Positions 49,881-64,000 of a stretch of DNA of 64,000 bases are shown piece by piece. The position numbers and the translations under genes were made by a program. This stretch comes from the human T2T-CHM13v2.0 reference genome, Homo sapiens: NCBI RefSeq assembly GCF_009914755.1, contig NC_060933.1; one strand, given 5' to 3'. Every line of letters starts with the position of its first letter. Within the stretch, counting starts at the first letter, position 1. Below the pieces are notes generated by a model. That model was not told the DNA's origin. It searched no databases and saw only the letters and a list, made by a program, of their open reading frames with translations.

Positions 49881-50277
49881 GCAAAACATTTGTTACAGAA
49901 ATTTCAGAAAGTTTTTCCCGTGGTATCTGCCAACTTCTGCTCTGAATTGTATATCTAAACAATCAAACTCAAAGTGCATTGTGAATCCAATAATAGACCT
50001 TTAAAAAAGAACAATTCTTCTAAGGATTTATATATATTTATAGTGTCGATAGATATGCATACCGTGGTCTATCCATACACAAAGAAGGAAAAGATGTATA
50101 TATATTCAGCAAACCCAATTTTAAAACCATTGTATTTGTAGGAATTCATTTAAAAATGATATCTGAATAATTTCCCCCATTATAAACTAGGGTTAGAACG
50201 TTTACAAATGAGAGTCTAGGTCCTATATTATGAAATGGCTATGAGTACAGTATACTGCACGTACTGTTTTTACACAG

Positions 50278-50327
50278 CGGTAGCAGCAATATAAACTCAG
50301 GTCAGACGCAGTAGTGACAGGAAGCAG
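50278..50327 (+). ncRNA. Candidate 50-nt exon antisense to the TRPM3 3' UTR
   Basis: Acceptor ctgtttttacacag|, perfect donor CAG|GTAAGT. Confidence 0.35.
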
Positions 50328-50555
50328 GTAAGTCTTCATACCATGCTATGGTACTCTTCTTCTGAATCTCTCTCACAAAGACTCTGTGTTCAAGTTTAGA
50401 ATTATGTGGCTAACAAATATACATGCATATATCATTCAGAACAAGAGTAACTCTGAATAAGGCGAGTTTCTTTTCCCCCCTCTCGGTTCTCAGTGTATTT
50501 TGTGTGTACACTCACCAAGTCACTATCAAGAATCTGATCCTGTTGGCTCTAAATC

Positions 50556-50778
50556 AGAGGTCCCAAACTATTGCCTTTGGGACTGAATGCTGCTGGCAGA
50601 CATGTTTGTTTGGCTAGGACAGTGTTTGGAAAGCTGAATTTGAAGGTGTTTGTGGTGGGATGTGTATTCTGTCATGCCTTACTTACAAACCCTACTTCTG
50701 TTGACTTTCACCAGTCCAGTTCACACATTTGTGTTTTCTGGATCCGGCCCCTCCATGTGTTTGAATTTGCAGCCTCTC
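50556..50778 (+). mobile_element. MER102-like hAT-Charlie element within the TRPM3 3' UTR
   Basis: Termini cagaggtcccaaact...tttgaatttgcagcctct, internal tgtttgtttggc..cagtgttt. Confidence 0.55.
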
Positions 50779-53700
50779 AGTCTATGTGCAGATGGCTGGT
50801 TTTAATGATGTGTGGGAAGCTGCGGTGAAGATGTGTAGGACTCTTGAGATTTAGAGAGGCAAAAATTGGACGAGGTCAATGTGAACACCAGCCGGGGTAG
50901 AGGCAGGAGGAGGCTAAGTTGGTGGGAAGATCAGGCCTGGGACAAAGTCTAAATGTTTGCCTTTTTCCAAGCGGCCGCTGTTTCAGCTTACTGTGCGAGG
51001 GTCAACAAGGTATAAAGGTAATGTGGGCAAGGGTCTGTTGGTCTGGTGAAAAAGCAGCTAGTCTTAGACTAAGAGAAGAGAAGCAAGAAGAGGGGAGAAA
51101 GAAAGCCGCACATCCAGGCACAAGGCTGAATTTCCCCCTTTGCCCCATAGGCCTCAGCCACCTGTCTCCTCCAGAGGAAGGCATGGGTCCTGATTGGCAC
51201 TGACACTCTTTACAAAGCCTATGGACTTCTAGCCATACACATGTCTTTTCAGTTTCCAGCACACAAACATTGTGCAAACGCACAAGGGCCTGCAGGTTTA
51301 AGGAGGCTGGTAGACTAGGTAAGGTAAGGAAGGGAAAATTCACCTCATTCTTATTGCCATCTGGATTACCTGGTCACCAAAATCCTCTCTTAGATGACCT
51401 GTAGAAACAGTCACGTTGCTTTCATTAGCAGTGATGAGTGCAAGGAAATCATCAGAGAAAAGGTAACACAACTACCTTCTGAGAGGAATTAAAAGAAAAA
51501 AATTGCTTTTCCTTAATTGGAACCAGCCTTTCTTTTGGTTGACTCCAATCTGAGAGACAGAATATCCAACTTGTAAAAAGAAGAGAAAGCTTAGGTCAAT
51601 GCAGGCTGAGAGGAAAGTTTTGTCTACTCATTTTAGGAGCAGTCATTTTCAAAACTGTGCAAATTGGCTCCTCTCTTTAACAGATGTTGAATGGCTTCTA
51701 GTAATGATGATTTTCTAAAAGAGTAAACTCTTTAGAACCACCCAGTGCTTCATCAGACACCCAAACACACGCCTCCCACCCCCAAGGTGAAGAAGCCACA
51801 AGACAAGGAGGGAGGTCTCTTGTCATATCATTGGATCACACATTCACAGCGATCTGCGCACTTCTGCACTATCACAAATGGACTTTTCGCTCTCATCTCC
51901 GGCTTAGCAATTTGCACCCAGTAGCTCTGAAGAATCAGAAATGTGTCTTGCATATATCACAGATGCACAACACCTAGACCTTGGCAGACCCAAGAGGTGT
52001 TGGCTTGCCACCTCTGGGTCCCATGGCTATACAACCTGCAGTTAATACTTTATTTCATATTATTTGTTCAGTGCTTAAAAAAAAGATTTAAAAATCCCTT
52101 GGTTACTTTTTTTTTGTTTTTAATTTTTCAAAACTGAACATAATCCCCATAGTAAGAAGCCCAACTGTTTGAGTGAATTCTTAACTGGCTTAAGCGTCAC
52201 AGCAGGCAATAGTAAAATGTTAAGTGCCTTAGAAAAGTCAAAAGAAATGCATAAAGCAGTGCATGCATTTTGTTGACACAAAATTAAGACCAGGTTTGGA
52301 GAGAGATTACTTCATTTCAGTCACATTGTTATTGTTAAAGGATAGTGAGTTATAATGCAATATCTAGGCCAAATATATAACCACCTACACACTAGTATCA
52401 CTTTATCTAGAAACAACATAGTGTTACTAAATGAACATATTTATAAAATACTGTACACTGCTTCTGCATGGGGTTGGCAGATGTAAACAGCTAATTCAAC
52501 TGGAGTTTAAAATATCATTTTAAGTTCATTTGTCATATAGTCTTTTGCATAACATGCCAGTTCATCTTTCACAAAATCACAACTTGCCTACCACAGCTCG
52601 CAGGACTCATTAGAGGGTATACATCAGCTTACACACATATTTTACAGTGGTCCAAAGGAACATGAAAAGCATCAAGCAGATCAGGAACAAAAATGCCCGG
52701 TTCACAAAGATGCTAAATAACATGGAATTGGGAACATAATTAATCATTGCAACATGTGTTTCTTTATTGAATGTTACAGATTTATAAATGATTATAAAGC
52801 TCTCCTGTAACGTTCATTAATACAACCACATGCTACAACTACGCTGGGTTAAACATGGGTTACATACATGTTTACATGTGTTTTATAATACAGCATTGCC
52901 CAACATATGAATGGTATAGCCTATAGATAGAGCATGATGGATGACCGGGTAATATTTATCATCTTTAAAGAAATTAAACAGCCCAAACATTCAGGAAGAT
53001 TAGACTGTACAGACTCAGAAAGTAAAAAAGTACTATCCAGTTATCTACCATAATATTATCTATAGAAACCATATTTTAGAATACATTTGAAACATTCAGA
53101 AGAAACACATTTTGTGTTTTTATGAGTACATTTTTCTCGTTTGATTATTCTTATATATATATTTTAAAAGGGGAACTTTCAAAGTGCTAAATAATATCCT
53201 AGACCTGGAAACTTATACATTTAAAAAATCCAGTTCTGTAAAGTGCTGTATTCTGACTGCTAATACACCTTTTGGCTTGCAGAGATAATACAAACTAGTC
53301 ATGAAAATTGTACCCAAGCTTTCCAGCTCCTCATTCAAATCTATCAAGGAGGGGCCCTCTAACTATAAATATAAAGTATATTGGTTAAGCAGGAGACCTC
53401 CATGGTCATTTTCATAAAACATCCTTAAATTTTTTTCAAAAGGAACAAGCAATTTAGAACAAATCATTACATATAGTAGTATGTAAAAATTGGCACCTTT
53501 GAAGCAGATGATTAAACCGAAGCTATTACTTCCTTGAGCTCTCTATGACTTTATTTACGGTCCTCAGTAACTTGCTGCTCATAAACTGCTTAATTCACAA
53601 AGACAGGTAATTAACGTCCCCTCGATCAGGGATGTGGTGGAATCAATGGGCTGAGCATAAGCTGACTGCACAAGGCCACAGAATCAATGCCACATTGCTG

Positions 53701-56214
53701 CACAGAGAACCCAGAAATGGAAGGAAATGGACTGAAAAATAACACACATACATGTGCACAGGAAGGAAATGGCTCATGGAAGTTACACAGTTTGTGTCTA
53801 CAGTCATTTAAGTTTGGCTTATATATTTCACACGTTTCACAGACGTTAGAACTTAATTTTCATGCACAACAAAAGAATCAGGTAATTGCAAGATCAGGAC
53901 TGTTGAGTATTTCGTTTCCCAGTTCCTATCCTTTTCTCTCTGAAATCACGATGAATGGAAACACTTGAGCTGAAAATTTCTTTCCCTCACTTCCAATCTG
54001 GCCCAGAATGAGGCCTTGGAGGTGTTTGATGTCAATGAATAATGTTTTCACCTCCTTCTTGGATTCCTCTATAGACCCTTCAGGGAGACTTCAGCATTGT
54101 GATTGTGCTTGATACTTAAAATCATCAACATGTTAGGATGTAAGTGCATTAAATTGGCAACATCTAATTTAAAGAACAAAAATAACAAAATCTTTGTTCA
54201 AACTCTGGTGCTGAGATTTGGCCTTCCTGAGAATCACAGAGAGATGGTCTCAAATGTAAAGTGCCTATTACAACTGCATTAACTACGAGCAAACATGGTT
54301 CCTTTCCCTCATAATCAATATAGAACCAGGGGCTCATGAACCCTTTCAAGTTATATTGCAACTTTGCATTATGTACATTTTTTTTTTCTTTCTGGAGAGA
54401 GAGCCTAGAGTTATCGTAGAGCCTCGTAGGGATTCATGACTCAAGGAAGTTTAAGAACGACTGATTTATTCTCAGACCCAGTGCATGTTTGCTGAGAGGG
54501 AAATAGCCAGCGTGGGGCCCAATAAAATGTTAAGTGTTTCTAGAACAGCTGTAAATAAGGGAGTCTGGGTGTTTGTTAGCAATTCACCTAAATGCCAAGG
54601 AGTGAAAAAGGAATTGTTTAATTCTTTACATATGTGACCTCATCACAATTTTTATACCTGAAATGCTTATTCAGAAGAGTTTTTATTTTGTTTTTTATCT
54701 TATATTTAAAGGCCATGTATTTACTTGATTTCACAAAATAAAGTAAAACTTGGTGTTTTCAATTATAATTAAACAAAAGAACCAGGTAGTATCTCAGGCC
54801 AGGAACAATAGATTGTTTTCCTTAAAGGCTTTATTCTTTTTTAAACGTTAATGAGCCAAATAGGAATCCAAAGATTTGGGGTCAAGATTTCTTTATCCCA
54901 CTTCCAATCCAGATTCTGATCTAGAAGATTATGCCTCTACTTTAGAGTCTGTAACACTAGCTGGTTTAAAGTTGCGTGTCTATTCAGATTGTACGTGGTG
55001 TAAAAACTTTGTTTAGGAAAAGCGAGACTAAATGAGATGTCCTGATAGTGAGTGATTTCAGACAAAAAAGGGCAGAAGGCGAGCAGTGAGTCATTTTGAC
55101 AACTCTAGTTTGATATGAGGAAAAGTCATAGGAATTTAAAAAATTCATAATTTCAACATTTGGTCTAATAGTATAATGAACTCTTTCAATGGAACTTCTT
55201 GTATATTAAAAAAAATCTTGATTATACTTCAAGGTGATAGAAAAGTCCAAGCCTCTTAAGAAAGCTCTTTATGTCCATTTATTTTATATATAAATATGTG
55301 TCTCTGCATAAATGCATATACATGTGTATAAGTGGCATATACTATAGAACTCTTTATATGGTTTATTTGCTTTCTATTTTGGTCTACTGTATCTTTTTTT
55401 ATAGCTCTGTCTATAAGAAAAATATTCATGGTATGCTTGCAACTGATGGCTTTGGGTTGATACCAAACTCCCAGTCAAATCTAAGGTTATTTATAGTTTT
55501 GAAACTTCCTTAAAAAGTACTTTGGAACATTTCCATAGAAAAGATACCAGCCCTTGAAAAACTCCAATTAAATTTATGCTGAGCTCAGATTAGATGGCAA
55601 AACTCTAGGTATGAAAATATCCACATATAACCATATATTCATATACAAAATGGTCATGTGATGAGTGGTGTGAAAAATTGGCAGTTACGTCTTGGAGGTG
55701 TTCAGGAGGACGTGGTGGAGCCATGCAAATGATGACGGTCACACAGCAGCACAACACACGACATGAACGGTGAGAACAGAACATCCCACATGGCAATTTC
55801 AGGCTAGTTCTGTCCACTGTTTTTTTTTTTTTTTTTTAAGTTCAATATTACATATTCAGTGAATGAATTCATCCATGACAGGTGAGATACAAAATAAATT
55901 AAAAAATATAAAATTATTTAATTACATTCTCCTGAGCTTGCTCGACTAGACTTGAACGCCCACTGTATATAATAAATCACTTGACTTTTGTTTTTTTAAC
56001 ATCAACTCTTCTTTCATTTCGATTGCAATACAAAAAGGCATTTCTGTTCCCTTATTTTCTTCAAAAAAGGATAAACAGTTGTGGCACCAGAAGTGAATAG
56101 ATAAGAGACAGGTGAACTATGACTGTTACCTTGTTTTTTCTTTATAATGATCAATTACAGAAGTGTTGGCATGAGAAGGATGTGGGACGTTAGGTAGAAC
56201 TGCTTGCTGCCGGC

Positions 56215-56237
56215 TTATACTGAATAAAGAGGATGCT
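56215..56237 (-). CDS. TRPM3: Alternative TRPM3 C-terminal coding segment (E)HPLYSV*, reached by splicing from the internal donor at 57908|57907
   Basis: Donor CCTGCAG|GTGAGG inside the exon joined to acceptor ...gactgatgaag|AGCATCCTCTTTATTCAGTATAA gives in-frame ...ESIDPA-EHPLYSV*. This matches my recollection of the short human TRPM3 isoform tail. Confidence 0.8.
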
Positions 56238-56320
56238 CTTCATCAGTCACCAGTGATGGAGCCAATGTGAAAAGAAAACAGAATGGAAGTTTAGAATATC
56301 TCATTGTGTACGCTGGCTAT

Positions 56321-56331
56321 TTTATTTTATT
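56321..56331 (-). terminator. Candidate proximal tandem poly(A) signal (AATAAAATAAA)
   Basis: Two overlapping AATAAA hexamers ~410 nt past the stop codon, with a U-rich tract (tgttttctttt) downstream. Confidence 0.35.
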
Positions 56332-56738
56332 TTGCAATTTAGCCCTGCATCCTACAACTCTTGATAATGGTCAGAAATCAACAGATGCCTCCTGGCATGG
56401 AGCGTGCTCGAAGCCCCTTGTTTCCCCTGCTCTCATGGCTTTCTGCTGTGACTGCGGATACACATTCATCTCTAACCCTTCCTTCTCCCTCTCTTCCCCC
56501 TCCCTGCCCAGCAAGTGTGAACATGCCTTAAATCCCCTGTGTCTGGCACTGGGTCAGATCAAATGCTTTCTTGATCTGTGGCCCAGAAGTCACCTTTGAG
56601 TTAACACCTCCCAAAGCATTGCTTGTTTTGCTCAGCTAAGAATAAAGCAGGTATGATTCAAGGAAAGGGGAAAAACTGGAGTTGGAGAGAATTTTAGGGC
56701 TGGATTCTTGAGCCTTCTGTGGCGGATATTAAGAAGGT

Positions 56739-58412
<1,674 letters not shown>

Positions 58413-59059
58413 CTAATCCAATGATTTTTTATTGTTTTAGCTATCAATCCCCTTTTCCCTCAATGAAATGGAATGCACAGTCCTGATAAAAAGGCACTAA
58501 AATGGAACAGTTCTTATTGAAGTAGAGTGGGGCCAAGTCCACCATGGCCTAGCTGTGGCTTGGGGCAGGGTGCAATGACCTGACTAAGCATCCAGTTGTT
58601 GGCTTCTCAGGGTCCCCCACAAAATGAGAATGTTGCATTTTGAGGATTTTACCCAGAATTTTGCAATGAAATTTTAGAATCTAGCTATTTTTATTGCAAT
58701 ACACATGTAAAATGAGTATTCCATGGATGGGGGTTATTTTTATTTTGCATTTATACAATAATTTTTGTTATTCATGATAATCTTTTTAGAATGTTGTGTC
58801 TCCAAAGGAATTAATATGGCCCAGTTACTGAGGCATCCAGGATTGATCTAATCTAATCCAATCCCTTCATTCATAAAGGAAAAGCAAAAATTAAGAATTT
58901 AACCAAGATTGCATAAAGCAATTTGTTGTAAACATTGGAGTATCTGTCAATAAGTCAATTCTTCTACTCCTCTCTCTGTCTCTCCCTCTCTGGTTAGCTG
59001 ATCACAGATGCCTTATATTACAGTTATTGCTAGAACTCTCTATCCTCCCATTGGAAATT

Positions 59060-59500
<441 letters not shown>

Positions 59501-60590
59501 CTGGAAATTCTTAGGGGCATGGTTTGTCTCATATTCCTGTTTTCATTTCTATGTGGCCAACCTAATACCTGCCAGGTGTCAACAAATGGGTCAATGACAT
59601 TTACGAACTTGATTTCAATTGTCACTCAGTCTGCCTGGCCATTTAAGACAGAGGCCACATATTAAAAATAAAATCATACCTTATTTTTCACTTGCTCAAA
59701 TTAACTTGGAAAGGACAAACCAAAGCCAAGTTACAATTTGAGCTCAAACTTTCACTTTTAAATGTCCAAAGACAAACCTTTTGGTGAATTTAAATGAGAC
59801 CCATGCACAACTTTGCTGAAGAGGATTAAAGTTACTTTTTCCAATCCTTCCAATATGCAAAGTAAATCATTTGACTGCTGATTCTTAAGGCACTTGCTGC
59901 AGGAAGACCATGGCTACAGAATATGCTTCACAGTGAATGTGGGAATTAGGCTGGGCCCCTGCAGTCTGTGGGGGTGGTGGTGAGGTTTTAATGACAGCAA
60001 CACTTCTATTAGGGAAGCACATACACTTCAATGCCAGAAGCAGGTTATATAATACAAGAGGCATGTGGATCTCTGGGAGACCTATAGACTTCTTAAAAAC
60101 CTCCTCTCCTGCTGGCCAGGAGCATGGGGGTGTGACTCCCCTGCCTTGGGGCACATTTCTGCCTCTCTCAGGACCCCCCACCCCGACTCTGCTTTTATCT
60201 TTCAGCTTCCCTTCACCCAGCCAAAGGTCCCAGCCTGCCCTCAAGAGCCCTGCTTGTAATTTTTTTTTTTTTTTTTTGCTCCCTCCTGCTGCCCCATAAC
60301 CAACCCAATGCATCTCAGGGGCCAGGCACACTCTGCCACCATCCCCAGGTGTATTCCCAGAAGACTTGTACATTGAGCTATTCTGTATCTGGCAAACTCA
60401 ACGCCATGCACTCAGCTGACACAGCTAATTCAGAAGGAAAATACAGCTTTTCCCTCTTTCACTTCATTCTGTCCTATAAACATAGCCCAAGAAACAAAAT
60501 TACTTACAATAACAAGTTTGTGTGTCTCATAGACTTGGAATTACTTTTTCACTATCTAGCCTATGGAGTTTGATTTTGCAAGTACTGTAG

Positions 60591-60995
<405 letters not shown>

Positions 60996-61350
60996 TAGCA
61001 CGAGATGTTTTGCTTAACATACTTTAGGTATTGGGTCTCACTAGCTCTCTAGTGCTAGGAGAGTAATAAGAGGCAGGGGAGGTTTATTTCTCCTTCTCCC
61101 TTTCTCTCTGGAGCCCAGTGTGTACAATGTTGGTACTGACAGAGATGAAGTTGTTGTTTTGACCTAACCGTAGTCACTGGTCTGAGTGCTGTGAAGTATC
61201 TCCTTGCCATGGCCTGTGCTGTGGGGTCTTCTCTGTCCACATCCCACCCCTGACCTTCAGCCCCAGGATCCAACACTATAGAGAAAATTTGTAGGTGAGA
61301 GGCAGAGCTGATGCACCAAAAACACGTAACAGAAGAGTCAGGACCTAAAA

Positions 61351-61813
61351 AGCCATGTGTCCCTATAGCCCCAGCTACTCAAGAGGCTGAGGTGGAAGGA
61401 TGGCTTGAGCCCTGGAGTTTGAGAGTGCAGTGAGCTATGACTGTGCCCCAGCAGTACAGACAGCCTGGACAACATAGGGAGATCCTGCCTCCTGTTATTT
61501 AGTATTTATTTTTATTTTATTTTTTCCTGAGACAGGGTCTCACTCTGTCACCCAGGCTGGCGTGCAGTGGCACGATCATGGTTCACTGTAGTCTTGACCT
61601 CCCGGGGCTCAGGCAATCCTCCACTGTAGCCTCCTGAGTAGCTGGAACCACAGGCATGCACCACAACACCCAGCTAATTTTTGTACTTTTGGAGAGACAG
61701 GGTTTCACCATGTTGCCTAGGCTGGTCTCAAATTCCTGATCTCAAGTGATCGATCACCCGCCTCAGCCTCCCAAAGTGCTGGGATTTTCACAGGCAGGAG
61801 TCACTGCACTCAG
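61351..61813. mobile_element. Plus-strand FRAM (61351-61492) abutting a minus-strand Alu (61495-61813)
   Basis: Opposite-orientation Alu sequences, tail to tail. Confidence 0.85.
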
Positions 61814-62297
61814 CATTGGTCCAGAATCAGAACCTGGTTGCCTGGACGTAGGCAGTAAACTGGACACATAAAGTGAGTAGTAGCCCAAGGAGATGAGAGG
61901 AAAGCAGAGAAGGTACAGGAGGAAGAGTCTCTTCAGGGAAAGAGAGAAGGTACATGGTGAGAGCCCCAAGAGTGAAGAAGGATGGCTGCAGGGCATGGAA
62001 CCAGGGGAGGGAGGCCTGTTGGAACAGGGCCAAGCAACTATTCTTGTCAAACCTTAACTGTCCTATGGGCTCTGAGATGGGCTGAAATGTAAGACTTGAC
62101 TAAAACAATAATGGACTGTTTTCTCCATTTTCTCCCAGAATGCTGGGTGTGTTCAACAAACTTACCATGAAATGTGTGATCACTTAGGTCATGGACCTAG
62201 CTGATAGGGGTTTAATATAGGGGCTATAAAAGAAATAAAAAGTCCTAGAGTCAAGGTTACCTATGTTTGTTTCATAACTAGACTGGTTCCTTTAATC

Positions 62298-62595
<298 letters not shown>

Positions 62596-62625
62596 TTCCT
62601 TTAATCTTTAAAAAAATTTTTTTGA

Positions 62626-62917
<292 letters not shown>

Positions 62918-64000
62918 GTTCAATGTAAATGGGCAGGTGTCACAGATATAAACAGGCCTGAGGTATATACCAAGAGTTTTGAGTCATGATTGTAGTCACT
63001 GAGAACTGATTCTGATCAAAGAATTTGTGGGATAAAAATGGAGATATATATGGATGATAAAAAATTTATGGATAATTTAAGGAGACAGACTCCTACAGTG
63101 ACTAAGAAAAAAAGAGGCACTGCAGAGAGGAAGAGATGCTATGAGAGGAACTCTTTATTGAAATTTCCCTCTTTCATATCTCCAGACCTCGAATGGCTCA
63201 TTTCTGAATAACTCAAGTAGTGATCAGAGCAGGGACACAATGGAGTGTTGGAAAGCTGTTGGGTGACCCATGAGAGAAGGCCCAATGGGTGGGTGCAAAA
63301 CCCCAGTAAGATGATGACTAGCTTCTTCAGCCAGTGAGATAAGGAAAACAGCATTCAAAAGAAGATTATGGTGGCACAGAACATTTTGGCTTCCACATGC
63401 AATTTCTTAAGAATTGTTATGCTATTTTATGGAACTTTATCTGCTTTTCTGATAACCTCGAAATGTGGTGAAAGGAAATGTGGTAAAATAACAGAGTATT
63501 GGCAGGCCATGCCTATTCTAAATTTCAGACATTCCCTGAGTGCTGGCAGTGGGGTGCATGTAGGATGAGGGCAAAAGCAATCCCGTATTGCATGAACTCT
63601 ATCCTGTTGGAAAAGGGTAAACAGGTTTCAAATCAAAGGCAATGATGCAGAATAGCTAAAGCAAACTCTTGCTTATCCACAGACTGATATCTAATCTATG
63701 AATTATTAAGTCCTTTGGGGTCACCTACCCTTCCCTTTGGGTTAATTATCCTTCTCATTAACTCTGGGGAGAAAAAGAGAAACAAGTTTAAACTTAACTC
63801 AGTTAATGGAGAGACCAAAGATCAGCTTTGGAAAAAGATACGGTGGGAGGTGGATGAAGCTCAGCTTTTTGGCTTACACTGATTTAAAAAAATATTACTT
63901 ATGAATTTTATATATCCTAAGTCATTTCTCTCTGCCATTGTTATGAAAAATTATAAGTTGAACATACTATTTTTTCTGACTTTTATTTTAATTAATTTTG

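Larger units (their letters stand above)
49850..56738 (-). other. TRPM3: TRPM3 long 3' UTR (~6.9 kb)
   Basis: AT-rich, Alu-free unique sequence running from the stop codon to a canonical poly(A) signal. Repeats resume immediately beyond it. Confidence 0.8.

Noticed and set aside
59885-60373. 162-aa intronic ORF on the TRPM3 strand
   Set aside because: Poly-Lys derives from a T homopolymer. No TRPM similarity and no clear exon boundaries.

Overview
Human-type (primate, Alu-rich) genomic DNA. The only protein-coding sequence is the large terminal exon of TRPM3 on the minus strand: splice acceptor at 58191, stop at 56739, 483 aa comprising the coiled coil and disordered tail. It is followed by an Alu-free ~6.9 kb 3' UTR ending at an AATAAA at 49875-49880; 58192-64000 is the last intron. 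The exon contains a cryptic intron (57907-56238) whose removal replaces 389 C-terminal residues with EHPLYSV*. Positions 1-49.7 kb are repeat-rich (about 38 Alu elements, L1/L2/MIR, MaLR/ERVL LTRs, hAT DNA transposons). From recalled chr9q21 gene order, this stretch lies upstream of KLF9. It holds a CpG-rich unique element with a near-perfect glucocorticoid/androgen response element (1692-1706), a CTCF/AP-1 cluster (~5.1-5.7 kb), a near-consensus ERE (14264) and several well-formed plus-strand exon candidates, one of them antisense inside the TRPM3 3' UTR. No novel protein-coding system is supported. The most interesting signals are the splicing/polyadenylation switch in the TRPM3 terminal exon and the steroid-responsive enhancer/antisense-lncRNA architecture. 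Repeat boundaries and subfamily names were judged by eye and are approximate.
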